Positions 1 to 7,259 of a stretch of 32,000 nucleotides of DNA are shown here, piece after piece. The stretch lies in NCBI GenBank assembly GCA_964577555.1, contig CAZNZM010000001.1, positions 30,001 to 62,000 on the forward strand, written 5' to 3'. The notes under the pieces were generated by a model. The model did no database searches. It saw nothing but the letters and a program-made list of their open reading frames with translations, and was not told where the DNA came from. Within the stretch, counting starts at the first letter, position 1, and every line of letters begins with the position of its first letter. The position numbers and the translations under genes are program-made. Origin of the DNA: an uncultured archaeon (GTDB lineage: Archaea > Iainarchaeota > Iainarchaeia > Iainarchaeales > Iainarchaeaceae).

Positions 1-210
1 AAAAAAAGGCTTGTAAAGAAAGACGTTGTCTTGGCAAGAGTTGCAACAGTAAGCCTGAAAGGCACAATAGCAAACTCCAAAGTAGGGCTTACTATGAGAC
101 AATTAGGATTAGGAAAACCTGAATGGTTAAAAATTGATTTAAAAGAAAAAGCAAAGAAAAAAGAAAAAACAGACAAAACTGAAAAAAAGGAAAAACAAAA
201 AAAGGAGTGA
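1..210 (+). CDS. rpo7: C-terminal fragment of RNA polymerase subunit Rpo7/E' with a K/E-rich tail; 5' end lies outside the window
   Basis: Frame 1 is open from base 1 to TGA at 208-210. The translation ...VVLARVATVSLKGTIANSKVGLTMRQLGLGKPEWLKIDLKEKAKKKEKTDKTEKKEKQKKE resembles the conserved ...TMRQPGLGKLEW end of archaeal Rpo7. It sits directly upstream of spt4, as is typical in archaea. Confidence 0.6.
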   Translation, partial: KKRLVKKDVVLARVATVSLKGTIANSKVGLTMRQLGLGKPEWLKIDLKEKAKKKEKTDKTEKKEKQKKE

Positions 211-213
211 AAA

Positions 214-414
214 ATGATGAGACAGGAAAAAGCATGCAGGAGTTGCAGATACGTGCTTGAAGATAACAGTAATGTTTGCCCTGTTTGCGGCTCCAACCAA
301 TTCACAACTTTTTGGAGAGGATACACTATAATACTAAACCCTGAAAAGTCCGAAATAGGACAAAAAATGGGAATAACAAAAGCAGGAAAATATGCATTAA
401 GACTGAGCAGGTGA
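214..414 (+). CDS. spt4: Transcription elongation factor Spt4 / RNA polymerase subunit E''
   Basis: 66-aa ORF with a zinc ribbon (CRSC...CPVCGS) followed by FTTFWRGYTIILNPEKSEIGQKMGI. AGGAG lies at 203-207 upstream of the ATG. Confidence 0.85.
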   Translation: MMRQEKACRSCRYVLEDNSNVCPVCGSNQFTTFWRGYTIILNPEKSEIGQKMGITKAGKYALRLSR

Positions 415-420
415 AAAAAA

Positions 421-735
421 ATGGATGTTGAAATAATTTCAAGAAAAGAAAACAAAATATTAAACAGGCAAGAAGTTGGATTTTTGGTAAAAGGCGCAGG
501 TGCGACGCCTTCAAGAAAAGAATTAAGAGAAAAAATCGCGGCGCTACTCAATGCCGACGAAAAAACAATTATTGTAGACGTGCTCAAAACAAGTTATGGT
601 TCAACCGAATTAAAAGGAATTGCAAGAATATACAAAAACAAAAAAGATTTGGAAAGACTTGAACTTTCATACGTGATTGCAAGAAATTTTCCTGAAGAAA
701 AGAAAACAACCGCAACCACGGCTCCAAACAAGTAA
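421..735 (+). CDS. rps24e: 30S ribosomal protein S24e
   Basis: 104-aa ORF. The stretch [51 protein letters not shown] matches the S24e pattern. It is tightly packed after spt4. Confidence 0.9.
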   Translation: MDVEIISRKENKILNRQEVGFLVKGAGATPSRKELREKIAALLNADEKTIIVDVLKTSYGSTELKGIARIYKNKKDLERLELSYVIARNFPEEKKTTATTAPNK

Positions 736-749
736 AGGCGGTAATTGGC

Positions 750-932
750 ATGGCTGAAAAAACAAAAACACAAAAAGAATCAACCAAACAAAAAAAAGCG
801 GATTATTATAAAATTGAAGGCGAAAAACTGGCAAGAAAAAAATATTGTCCTAAATGTGGCCCCGGCGTTTTCATGGCAGAACATGAAAAACGCAACCACT
901 GCGGAAAATGCGGTTATACGGAATTCAAGTGA
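750..932 (+). CDS. rps27ae: 30S ribosomal protein S27ae (zinc-ribbon form, no ubiquitin fusion)
   Basis: 60-aa ORF with a C4 ribbon, [24 protein letters not shown]. It follows S24e in the conserved order. Confidence 0.9.
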   Translation: MAEKTKTQKESTKQKKADYYKIEGEKLARKKYCPKCGPGVFMAEHEKRNHCGKCGYTEFK

Positions 933-941
933 GGAACGCCA

Positions 942-1499
942 ATGCAATGGTGGCTTCAATTCCTGATTTTAGACTTTTTGCTTATAGCCACTCCTTTGGC
1001 TTACATTACATTTTTTGAAAGAAAAAAAATTTCAATAAAAAATATTAAAAAAGAATTCGGCTTGGAAAAAGGAGACATAAAAAAAGATTTGATTTTGTCA
1101 ATGCAAATATTCCTAAGCTTGATTGTCTTTTCAGCCGCCATATCATTTATTTTAAATCTTGCAGGATTCAACGACTTCAACCCTGTTAAAGATGCCATTA
1201 CAAACATAGTGCAATCAGAAAATTGGTTTTGGCTCACAAGTTATATTTTTACTATAAGGGTTTTTGGAGAAGAGTTTTTTTTCAGGGCGTTTTTAGTTCC
1301 AAGAATGGGGTTTTTTATCCCTGCATTGCTTTTCGGGGCAATGCACATAACGTACGGCTCCATTGCTGAATTCATAGGCGCTACTTTATTGGGCTTGATT
1401 CTTGGAATAGCATATGCTGAAAAAAAAAGACTTTTGTCAAATTTTGTGGCACACACAATTTACAACCTCGTAGTATTTTTTATTGTCCTGAAAATATGA
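942..1499 (+). CDS. CPBP-family (CAAX/Abi-like) intramembrane protease
   Basis: 185 aa with multiple hydrophobic helices. Motifs GEEFFFRAFL (EExxxR), FGAMH and HTIYN match the three CPBP signature motifs. Confidence 0.75.
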   Translation: MQWWLQFLILDFLLIATPLAYITFFERKKISIKNIKKEFGLEKGDIKKDLILSMQIFLSLIVFSAAISFILNLAGFNDFNPVKDAITNIVQSENWFWLTSYIFTIRVFGEEFFFRAFLVPRMGFFIPALLFGAMHITYGSIAEFIGATLLGLILGIAYAEKKRLLSNFVAHTIYNLVVFFIVLKI

Positions 1500-1572
1500 G
1501 CCAAACTAAAAAAAAAATTTAATCTTATAAAAAAAACAATTATTTTAAAATTGAAAAATTCGCGGCGATAAA

Positions 1573-2589
1573 ATGAAAACAATAATAATCAGAATGAAAA
1601 AAAACAAGCCTGACAAAGAAAAAATAAAAATTGCGGCAAAAATAATCGCAAAAGGCGGGATAGTGGCTTTTCCAACGGAAACTGTTTATGGGCTTGGAGC
1701 AAATGCATTAAACGAAAAATCTGTGGCAAAAATATTCAAAGTAAAAGGCCGGCCTGCCGACAATCCTATAATAGTTCATGTTTCTTCAATTGAAGAAGCT
1801 GAAAAACTTGCTATGGAAATTAATCCAACAGCAAAAAAACTCGTAAAAAAGTTTTGGCCTGGTCCACTCACCATAATAGTAAAAGGCTCTGGAATTTTGC
1901 CGAAAAATGTTACTGCAGGACTAACAACAGTTGCTTTAAGAATGCCTTCAAACAAAATAGCGCTTGAATTGATAAAAGAAAGCAATTGTCCTATTGCTGC
2001 TCCTTCTGCAAACATTTCTGGAAAGCCAAGTGCAACAAACGGAAGCCATGCAATCAAAGATTTTAACGGAAAAATTGATGCGATAATAGACGCTGGAACA
2101 ACCGATATAGGAATAGAATCAACAGTAGTTGATGTAACAGGAAAAACCCCGATTATTTTGAGACCGGGAAAAATAACTTTGGAACAAATAACCAAAGTTT
2201 GCGGTTTTGCAATTGCTAACTCAGAAAATTCAAAAAACAAAAAACCGAAATCGCCAGGAATGAAATACAGACATTATGCTCCTGAAGCTAATGTAATAAT
2301 TTTAGAACCGAAAATCAAAAATTTGAAAGAAATGATCAAGGAAATTGAAAAAAAAGCCGAAGGAAAGACCGCAATAATAACTTGCAACAAAAAATTCGCA
2401 AAAAAACTGAAAAAAAAATATTATTGCATTTATGCAGGCAGAATTGCAAAAGACCTTGCAAAAATAATGTTCAACGAATTTAGGAAATTGGATGAAGAAA
2501 ATTATAAAACAATAATAGTTCAAGGATTTGAAGAAAAAGGCTTTGGAGCTGCTGTAATGAACAGGCTTAAAAAAGCAAGTTTGAAATAA
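1573..2589 (+). CDS. sua5: L-threonylcarbamoyladenylate synthase Sua5 (YrdC domain plus Sua5 C-terminal domain)
   Basis: 338 aa. Motifs seen: GGIVAFPTETVYGLGANA, KGRPADNPIIVHV, SANISGKPS, and PGMKYRHYAP in the C-terminal domain. Confidence 0.9.
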   Translation: MKTIIIRMKKNKPDKEKIKIAAKIIAKGGIVAFPTETVYGLGANALNEKSVAKIFKVKGRPADNPIIVHVSSIEEAEKLAMEINPTAKKLVKKFWPGPLTIIVKGSGILPKNVTAGLTTVALRMPSNKIALELIKESNCPIAAPSANISGKPSATNGSHAIKDFNGKIDAIIDAGTTDIGIESTVVDVTGKTPIILRPGKITLEQITKVCGFAIANSENSKNKKPKSPGMKYRHYAPEANVIILEPKIKNLKEMIKEIEKKAEGKTAIITCNKKFAKKLKKKYYCIYAGRIAKDLAKIMFNEFRKLDEENYKTIIVQGFEEKGFGAAVMNRLKKASLK

Positions 2590-2650
2590 TAATTTGGTTT
2601 TGAGCGGAAAACAAAAAAGAGAGCATTAAAAAAAATTAATTTTGGATTGT

Positions 2651-2662
2651 TATTTATATATT
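2651..2662 (+). promoter_or_regulatory. TATA-box-like element upstream of kae1
   Basis: TATTTATATATT lies about 30 nt upstream of the ATG at 2689. That spacing fits a leaderless or very short-leader archaeal transcript. Confidence 0.35.
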
Positions 2663-2688
2663 AATTTATTCGGATTATATGGTTTTTT

Positions 2689-3672
2689 ATGAAAAAAATT
2701 TGCCTTGGGCTTGAAGGAACTGCCCATACTGCTGGAGCAGGCATTGTTGATGAAAACTGCAAAGTGCTTGCCAATGTTAAACATTCACATACAACAAAAA
2801 AAGGCGGGCTAATTCCAAGGGAATTGGCAGACCATCATTCGGAAAAATTTCCAGAAATCGTAAAAGAAGCGATTGAAAATGCCGGAATAAAATTGAATGA
2901 CGTTGATTGCATTGCTTATAGCAAAGGGCCTGGCATAGGCAATGCTTTAAGCGTTACAGCCACTGCTGCAAGAATGATCAGTCTTTTGCATGATAAGCCG
3001 ATAGTGCCTGTCAATCATTCTGTTGCACACATTGAAATTGCAAAAAAAATGTGTGCAAGCAAAGACCCGTTGATACTTTATGTTTCTGGCGGAAACACAC
3101 AAATAATAGGATATGAAGCAGGAAAGTACAGGGTTTATGGAGAGACTCTCGACATAGGCGTGGGAAACCTTATTGATTCTTTTGGCAGGGATTTGGGCTT
3201 TGGTTTTCCACAGGGTCCGAAACTTGATGAAATGTATTTTATGAAAAAAAAATATATTGAATTGCCATACACTGTAAAAGGCATGGATGTACAATTTTCA
3301 GGGCTTTTGACTGCCGCGGAGAGAAAAATAGGCAAAGAACCACAAGAAGATTTGGTGTATAGCTTGATGCATAATGCTTTTGCCATGATTGTAGAGGTTG
3401 CAGAAAGAGCCCTTGCACAAACCGGAAAAAAAGAGCTTTTGCTTACTGGCGGGGTTGCGGCTTCAAATGCTTTGCGGGAAATGTGCAAAAAAATGTGCAA
3501 AAAAAGAAAAATTGCATTCAAGATTTGTCCAGAAGAGTATGCAACAGATAATGGCGCAATGATTGCTTGGGCTGGATTGTTGAAATTCAAATCAGGTGTT
3601 TTTGTCAAGCCTGAAAACGCTGAAATAGAACAGGATTTTAGAGTGGATTTGGAAGAAGTTACTTGGACTTGA
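2689..3672 (+). CDS. kae1: tRNA N6-adenosine threonylcarbamoyltransferase Kae1 (stand-alone, not fused to Bud32)
   Basis: 327 aa. Motifs seen: ICLGLEGTAHTAGAGIV, the NHSVAH metal site (HxxxH), LYVSGGNTQ and TDNGAMIAW. Confidence 0.9.
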   Translation: MKKICLGLEGTAHTAGAGIVDENCKVLANVKHSHTTKKGGLIPRELADHHSEKFPEIVKEAIENAGIKLNDVDCIAYSKGPGIGNALSVTATAARMISLLHDKPIVPVNHSVAHIEIAKKMCASKDPLILYVSGGNTQIIGYEAGKYRVYGETLDIGVGNLIDSFGRDLGFGFPQGPKLDEMYFMKKKYIELPYTVKGMDVQFSGLLTAAERKIGKEPQEDLVYSLMHNAFAMIVEVAERALAQTGKKELLLTGGVAASNALREMCKKMCKKRKIAFKICPEEYATDNGAMIAWAGLLKFKSGVFVKPENAEIEQDFRVDLEEVTWT

Positions 3673-3680
3673 TTAAATGC

Positions 3681-5030
3681 TTAATTTTTTCTTGAAAAAA
3701 ACAGGTGAATTGGAAAAGATGCAAGGCTTAATATTAACCCGTAAAAAATCAAAGGCAAAGAAATACCAAACAAAACCAAGGTTTCAGTCATTTGAAGTAA
3801 CATTATCAAACAAGAAATAAAGCCAAACATGGAAAGCAATGGTATCTTTCCTATGTTGAAAGGCATTCTGAAATGTTCTTTTGAAGTAACATGTTTAAAC
3901 CTGCAAGCTATTGCTGAAAGATTAACCAATGCAAACATCGTGAATATGAAATAATTTGAAAGCAAAGCTATTTTCTTTATGTCATCAATAAAAAGAAGGA
4001 AAATTGAAACTGACATTATGAATAATATTGCAATGTAAGGAGAATTGGTTTTTGTTTCCAGTGCTTGAAAATTTTCCGGCAATTCGTGTTGCTTTGATAA
4101 ACCATAAAGCATTCTGCTGGCTACAAGAACAAGGACAAGAACAGTATTTGATGTAGCAAATATTCCTATTAGGCTTAACAATACTCCGGCATTTGCTCCA
4201 AAAGATTGTTCAGCAACCGCTGCAAGTGGATTGGCTTTTTTGGAAAGCTCTTGCCATGGCATTATATTTACCACTGAAATTGCCGCTAGACAGTAAAGCA
4301 AAGTAGAGAATGCAAGGGAAAAAAGAACTGCTTTTGGAATGTTTCTGGAAGCGTTTTTTGTTTCTTCTGAAATATTTGCTATTTGTTCAAACCCTACAAA
4401 TGCAAAGAAAATGAGCGAAGCGGCGGACAATATTGATGTAATGAAATCAGTGTTTGGCGGAATTTCCAGCAAATCCGCTTTTCCGATATAACCTAAACCG
4501 AAAAATATTATTAGGATTATTCCTAAAGATTCTATGAGTGTGGCAAAAAAATTGAATTTTGCCGATTCTTTTATGCCAAGGTAATTTATAAAACTGACTA
4601 GCATAATAAGCGCTATTGCAGAGCCAATTATTGGAAATCTGAAAAGGCCGTTAAGGTATCCTGCAAAGCCAAGTGCAACAACCGAGATAGAAAAAATGTT
4701 AGCCAATATTGCCGAGTAAGAAGTAAAAAAAGCCAAAAAATTTGAACCAAAAGCGTGTTTTACGAATACGAATTCAGCAGCAGTTTTTGGAAAAACTGAT
4801 GAAAGTTCGGCATAGCTCATGGCAGTAAAACCTGCAATTATTGCGGCTATCACAAATGATAACCATGTAGCATTGCCTGCTATTCCTGATGCTTCGCCTA
4901 TAAGAGCATAAATTCCAGCTCCTATTATTACGCCAACTCCGTAAAACATTGCATCAAAAAATGAGAGGGATTTTTTCAAATGCACCGGATTTTTGAATTT
5001 TAAAGCCATTAAATCACACGAATTTTTCAT
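3681..5030 (-). CDS. APC-superfamily amino acid permease
   Basis: 449 aa with about 12 hydrophobic segments. N-terminal FFDAMFYGVGVIIGAGIYALIGEA resembles the APC TM1 motif. An alternative start is the ATG at 5009. Confidence 0.8.
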   Translation of the reverse strand: MKNSCDLMALKFKNPVHLKKSLSFFDAMFYGVGVIIGAGIYALIGEASGIAGNATWLSFVIAAIIAGFTAMSYAELSSVFPKTAAEFVFVKHAFGSNFLAFFTSYSAILANIFSISVVALGFAGYLNGLFRFPIIGSAIALIMLVSFINYLGIKESAKFNFFATLIESLGIILIIFFGLGYIGKADLLEIPPNTDFITSILSAASLIFFAFVGFEQIANISEETKNASRNIPKAVLFSLAFSTLLYCLAAISVVNIMPWQELSKKANPLAAVAEQSFGANAGVLLSLIGIFATSNTVLVLVLVASRMLYGLSKQHELPENFQALETKTNSPYIAILFIMSVSIFLLFIDDIKKIALLSNYFIFTMFALVNLSAIACRFKHVTSKEHFRMPFNIGKIPLLSMFGFISCLIMLLQMTETLVLFGISLPLIFYGLILSLASFPIHLFFSRKN

Positions 5031-5478
5031 TTATATAAAAATAAAGCGGTATTGAAAGTATAGCTAAAAAAAGAATAAAATTGAATGGATAAGGCAAAGT
5101 GTTTATTGACTTGTTTTGGTAAATATAAGCTGAAACAACTATTATTGCAAAAATAAATAACTCAAAAAAAACTATTTTAAGGGACGATTTTCTTTTTGCA
5201 ACTTTTAATTTTCTGAAGTTGCTGGTGTAATTGTAGAAATGAAGTGCCGCGAATATTATTGCTCCGGTGATAATAAAATTGAAAGGCGGGTCAATCTTGT
5301 TAGTGGCAGGATCTATGTAAACCAAAAAAGCGAAAAGAACCGCCATTGCAAGAATAAATTCCAAGATTATAAGGGCAGTGTATTGTAAATCTTTTAGCTT
5401 GGACAATTTTTGTATTGCCTTTTCAATAATCAAATTAGTAGCATCCCACCCAATTAAAATGTCAAATTTTTTTCCCAT
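5014..5478 (-). CDS. Hypothetical small membrane protein (about four TM segments)
   Basis: ORF with four long hydrophobic stretches and no motif I recognise. The ORF-track start at 5487 is TTG; the first ATG is at 5478. Its 3' end overlaps or abuts the permease start. Confidence 0.5.
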   Translation of the reverse strand: MGKKFDILIGWDATNLIIEKAIQKLSKLKDLQYTALIILEFILAMAVLFAFLVYIDPATNKIDPPFNFIITGAIIFAALHFYNYTSNFRKLKVAKRKSSLKIVFFELFIFAIIVVSAYIYQNKSINTLPYPFNFILFLAILSIPLYFYINEKFV

Positions 5479-5589
5479 AATAATCAATTTAGTTTATACT
5501 GGCATATATTTATTTTGGTGACAATTTTTGGGAATTTTTTATTAATAAAAAAAGTAAAAGCAAAATTAATGTAAACAATTAAAAACAAT

Positions 5590-6010
5590 AAAATTGCATA
5601 AAAACGGCTCACAAAAAACAACATAGACAACGCCTAAAAAAAAACCAAAAAAACTTGGCTCGCCAAAAAAAACGCCAAACAAAACAAAAGACTGCTCAAA
5701 ATAAAAAAAATACAAAAAAATGGCCAAACACAAAAAACTATAAAATCAAAAAAAAACGGCTCACAAAACAAACAACAAAAAAAATAAATTCCAAATAAAA
5801 AACAAATCACTCTACAAAAAAAATGACAAAAAAACGGCTCGGAAAAAACAATTCAAAAAAAAATGACAAAAAAAACTTGACTCGCCAAAAAAAACAAACA
5901 AAAAAAACAAATTCAAATTTTAGAACAAAAAAAACCTGTCAAAAAAATAACAGCCAAAACAAAGACAAAAAAAATTAAAAATCACAAAATAAAAAAAACA
6001 AATTGTCAAA
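5590..6010 (+). repeat. A/C-rich, G/T-poor intergenic array of recurring words (locus A)
   Basis: AAAAACGGCTCACAAAA occurs twice, with its CGGCTCAC core at 5605-5612 and 5757-5764. CAAAAAAACTTGGCTCGCCAAAAAAAAC (5646-5673) recurs at 5868-5895 with one mismatch (TTGACTCGCC). AAAAAAATGACAAAAAAA occurs at 5817-5834 and 5857-5874. No ORF of 60 aa or more lies inside the repeat core (5590-6002); the 80-aa ORF 6003-6245 only clips the last 8 nt. Confidence 0.7.
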
Positions 6011-6084
6011 AAAACAAGTAAGCCCTAAACAAAATCAAGCATACAAAAAGGCGAAAAAATTAAGGATGAATTGTCTTAAAAAAA

Positions 6085-6540
6085 TTATTTTTGGTTGCTT
6101 GATTCTATGCCGAGTTGTTCGTCAAGTTCTTGCGCTACTTTTTTCATTCTTGAAAATATTCTGTCAATGTCATCCTCTAATTCCTCAATTATCCTATAAA
6201 CGGATTTTGATCTGGATTGATAATATCTTCCATTCTTTACTATAAGGCCAGAGCGAATAAGATTATTCAAATGGTTAACAACCGCGCCCCTGCTCATGCC
6301 AATTTTCTGCACTATTTCGGCTGAGGTAATAGGCCTTCCTTCTTCAGTGGCTTTGAAAATTTCCCTGAAAATTGCTGCTGCAGTCCTTTCGCGGTCTATT
6401 GGTTCAAAAAACCCGAGAGATTGACAAATCCATTCAAATTCAGCTACAGGGTCGTTAGAAAAAGGGCGTTCAACACGTTTCACTACAATTCTGAAAGATT
6501 CTCGCCTCAAAGTCATAAAAATGCAAATAAGCAAAAACAT
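6085..6540 (-). CDS. Winged-helix transcriptional regulator (ArsR/MarR/TrmB-like), divergent from grpE
   Basis: The HTH-like core ITSAEIVQKIGMSRGAVVNHLNNLIRSGLIV is followed by a wing and a C-terminal helix. The hydrophobic first 8 aa look spurious. The ATG at 6516 is the more likely start; TTTTTAAA sits about 27 nt upstream of it on the minus strand. Confidence 0.6.
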   Translation of the reverse strand: MFLLICIFMTLRRESFRIVVKRVERPFSNDPVAEFEWICQSLGFFEPIDRERTAAAIFREIFKATEEGRPITSAEIVQKIGMSRGAVVNHLNNLIRSGLIVKNGRYYQSRSKSVYRIIEELEDDIDRIFSRMKKVAQELDEQLGIESSNQK

Positions 6541-6563
6541 TTAAAAAAGTTTTGATTAAAAAT

Positions 6564-6592
6564 TTTAGTTATTAACTAAAAAATTTAGTTAA
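6564..6592. promoter_or_regulatory. Candidate operator: perfect palindrome TTTAGTTA-t-TAACTAAA plus a third half-site
   Basis: 6564-6571 TTTAGTTA and 6573-6580 TAACTAAA are exact reverse complements around one central base. TTTAGTTAA repeats at 6584-6592. The site lies in the 62-bp divergent spacer, where the grpE TATA/BRE should be. Confidence 0.55.
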
Positions 6593-6602
6593 TTTTTAAG
6601 GA

Positions 6603-7142
6603 TTGGTGGTTGAATTGGAAAATAAAAACAATGGGCGCAAAGAAAATAAAATTAATGAAGAAAAACAGGAAAACCCGTTGAATGAACGCGATAAAGAATT
6701 GGAAGAACTTAGGCAAAAAAGCAATGAATACAAGGAAACCTTGCAAAGGTTGCAAGCAGACTTTGAAAATTTCAGAAAAAGGCTTGACAAAGAAAGGGAT
6801 GATTATAGAAAATTAGCTGGTGCAAAAGTAATAAGCGATTTCCTGCCACTGTATGACACTCTTAACGAAGCGGTCAAACAGGCTGAAAAATCCAAAAATG
6901 AAGAGTTGAAATCGGGAATGCAAAAAGTACTTGCCCAGTTTTTGCAAATATTGCGTTCAAACGGAGTTGAAGAAATAAACACTGAAGGAAAAAAATTTGA
7001 TTTGGAAATGCACGAATGCATAATGACTGGAAATGACAAGGACAAAGAGGACGGAATAGTTTTGGAAGAATTCCAAAAAGGATTTACAATTAACGGCTTT
7101 GTATTAAGGCCTGCAAAAGTGAAAATCAACAAAAAAGGGTGA
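6603..7142 (+). CDS. grpE: Nucleotide exchange factor GrpE
   Basis: 179 aa. Charged coiled-coil N-terminus, LQRLQADFENFRKRLDKE, LPLYDTL, and GVEEINTEGKKFDLEMHECI. The start is uncertain: TTG 6603, GTG 6606 or TTG 6615. Confidence 0.85.
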   Translation: MVVELENKNNGRKENKINEEKQENPLNERDKELEELRQKSNEYKETLQRLQADFENFRKRLDKERDDYRKLAGAKVISDFLPLYDTLNEAVKQAEKSKNEELKSGMQKVLAQFLQILRSNGVEEINTEGKKFDLEMHECIMTGNDKDKEDGIVLEEFQKGFTINGFVLRPAKVKINKKG

Positions 7143-7259
7143 AGAAATGAAAAAAATAGAATGCAAAAAAGAAACAAAGGAAGAAAAGGAAACATATCAA
7201 CACATTCCCAAAGCAAGGGAAAAAATAAATTTTTTTGACGTTTATGAGGGGTGGTGAAA

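Noticed and set aside
745-966. 73-aa ORF overlapping rps27ae in another frame
   Set aside because: The 60-aa frame (750-932) carries the S27ae zinc ribbon. The alternative frame is K-rich low complexity with no motif.
5590-6010. Possible CRISPR array, given short recurring words separated by variable sequence
   Set aside because: The repeats are not constant in length or sequence and their spacing is irregular (about 35-80 bp). The 'spacers' are homopolymer-rich low complexity. No cas genes or leader-like organisation are present.
6003-6245. 80-aa plus-strand ORF (MSKKQVSPKQNQAYKKAKKL...)
   Set aside because: Its first part is a translation of the A-rich repeat. The rest is antisense to the well-supported wHTH regulator gene. 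There is no RBS and no motif.
7147-7257. 36-codon ORF ([36 protein letters not shown]) filling the grpE-dnaK spacer
   Set aside because: It is short and K/E-rich, has no SD, and its end coincides with the dnaK ribosome-binding site. It cannot be distinguished from chance in A-rich DNA without conservation or ribosome-profiling data.
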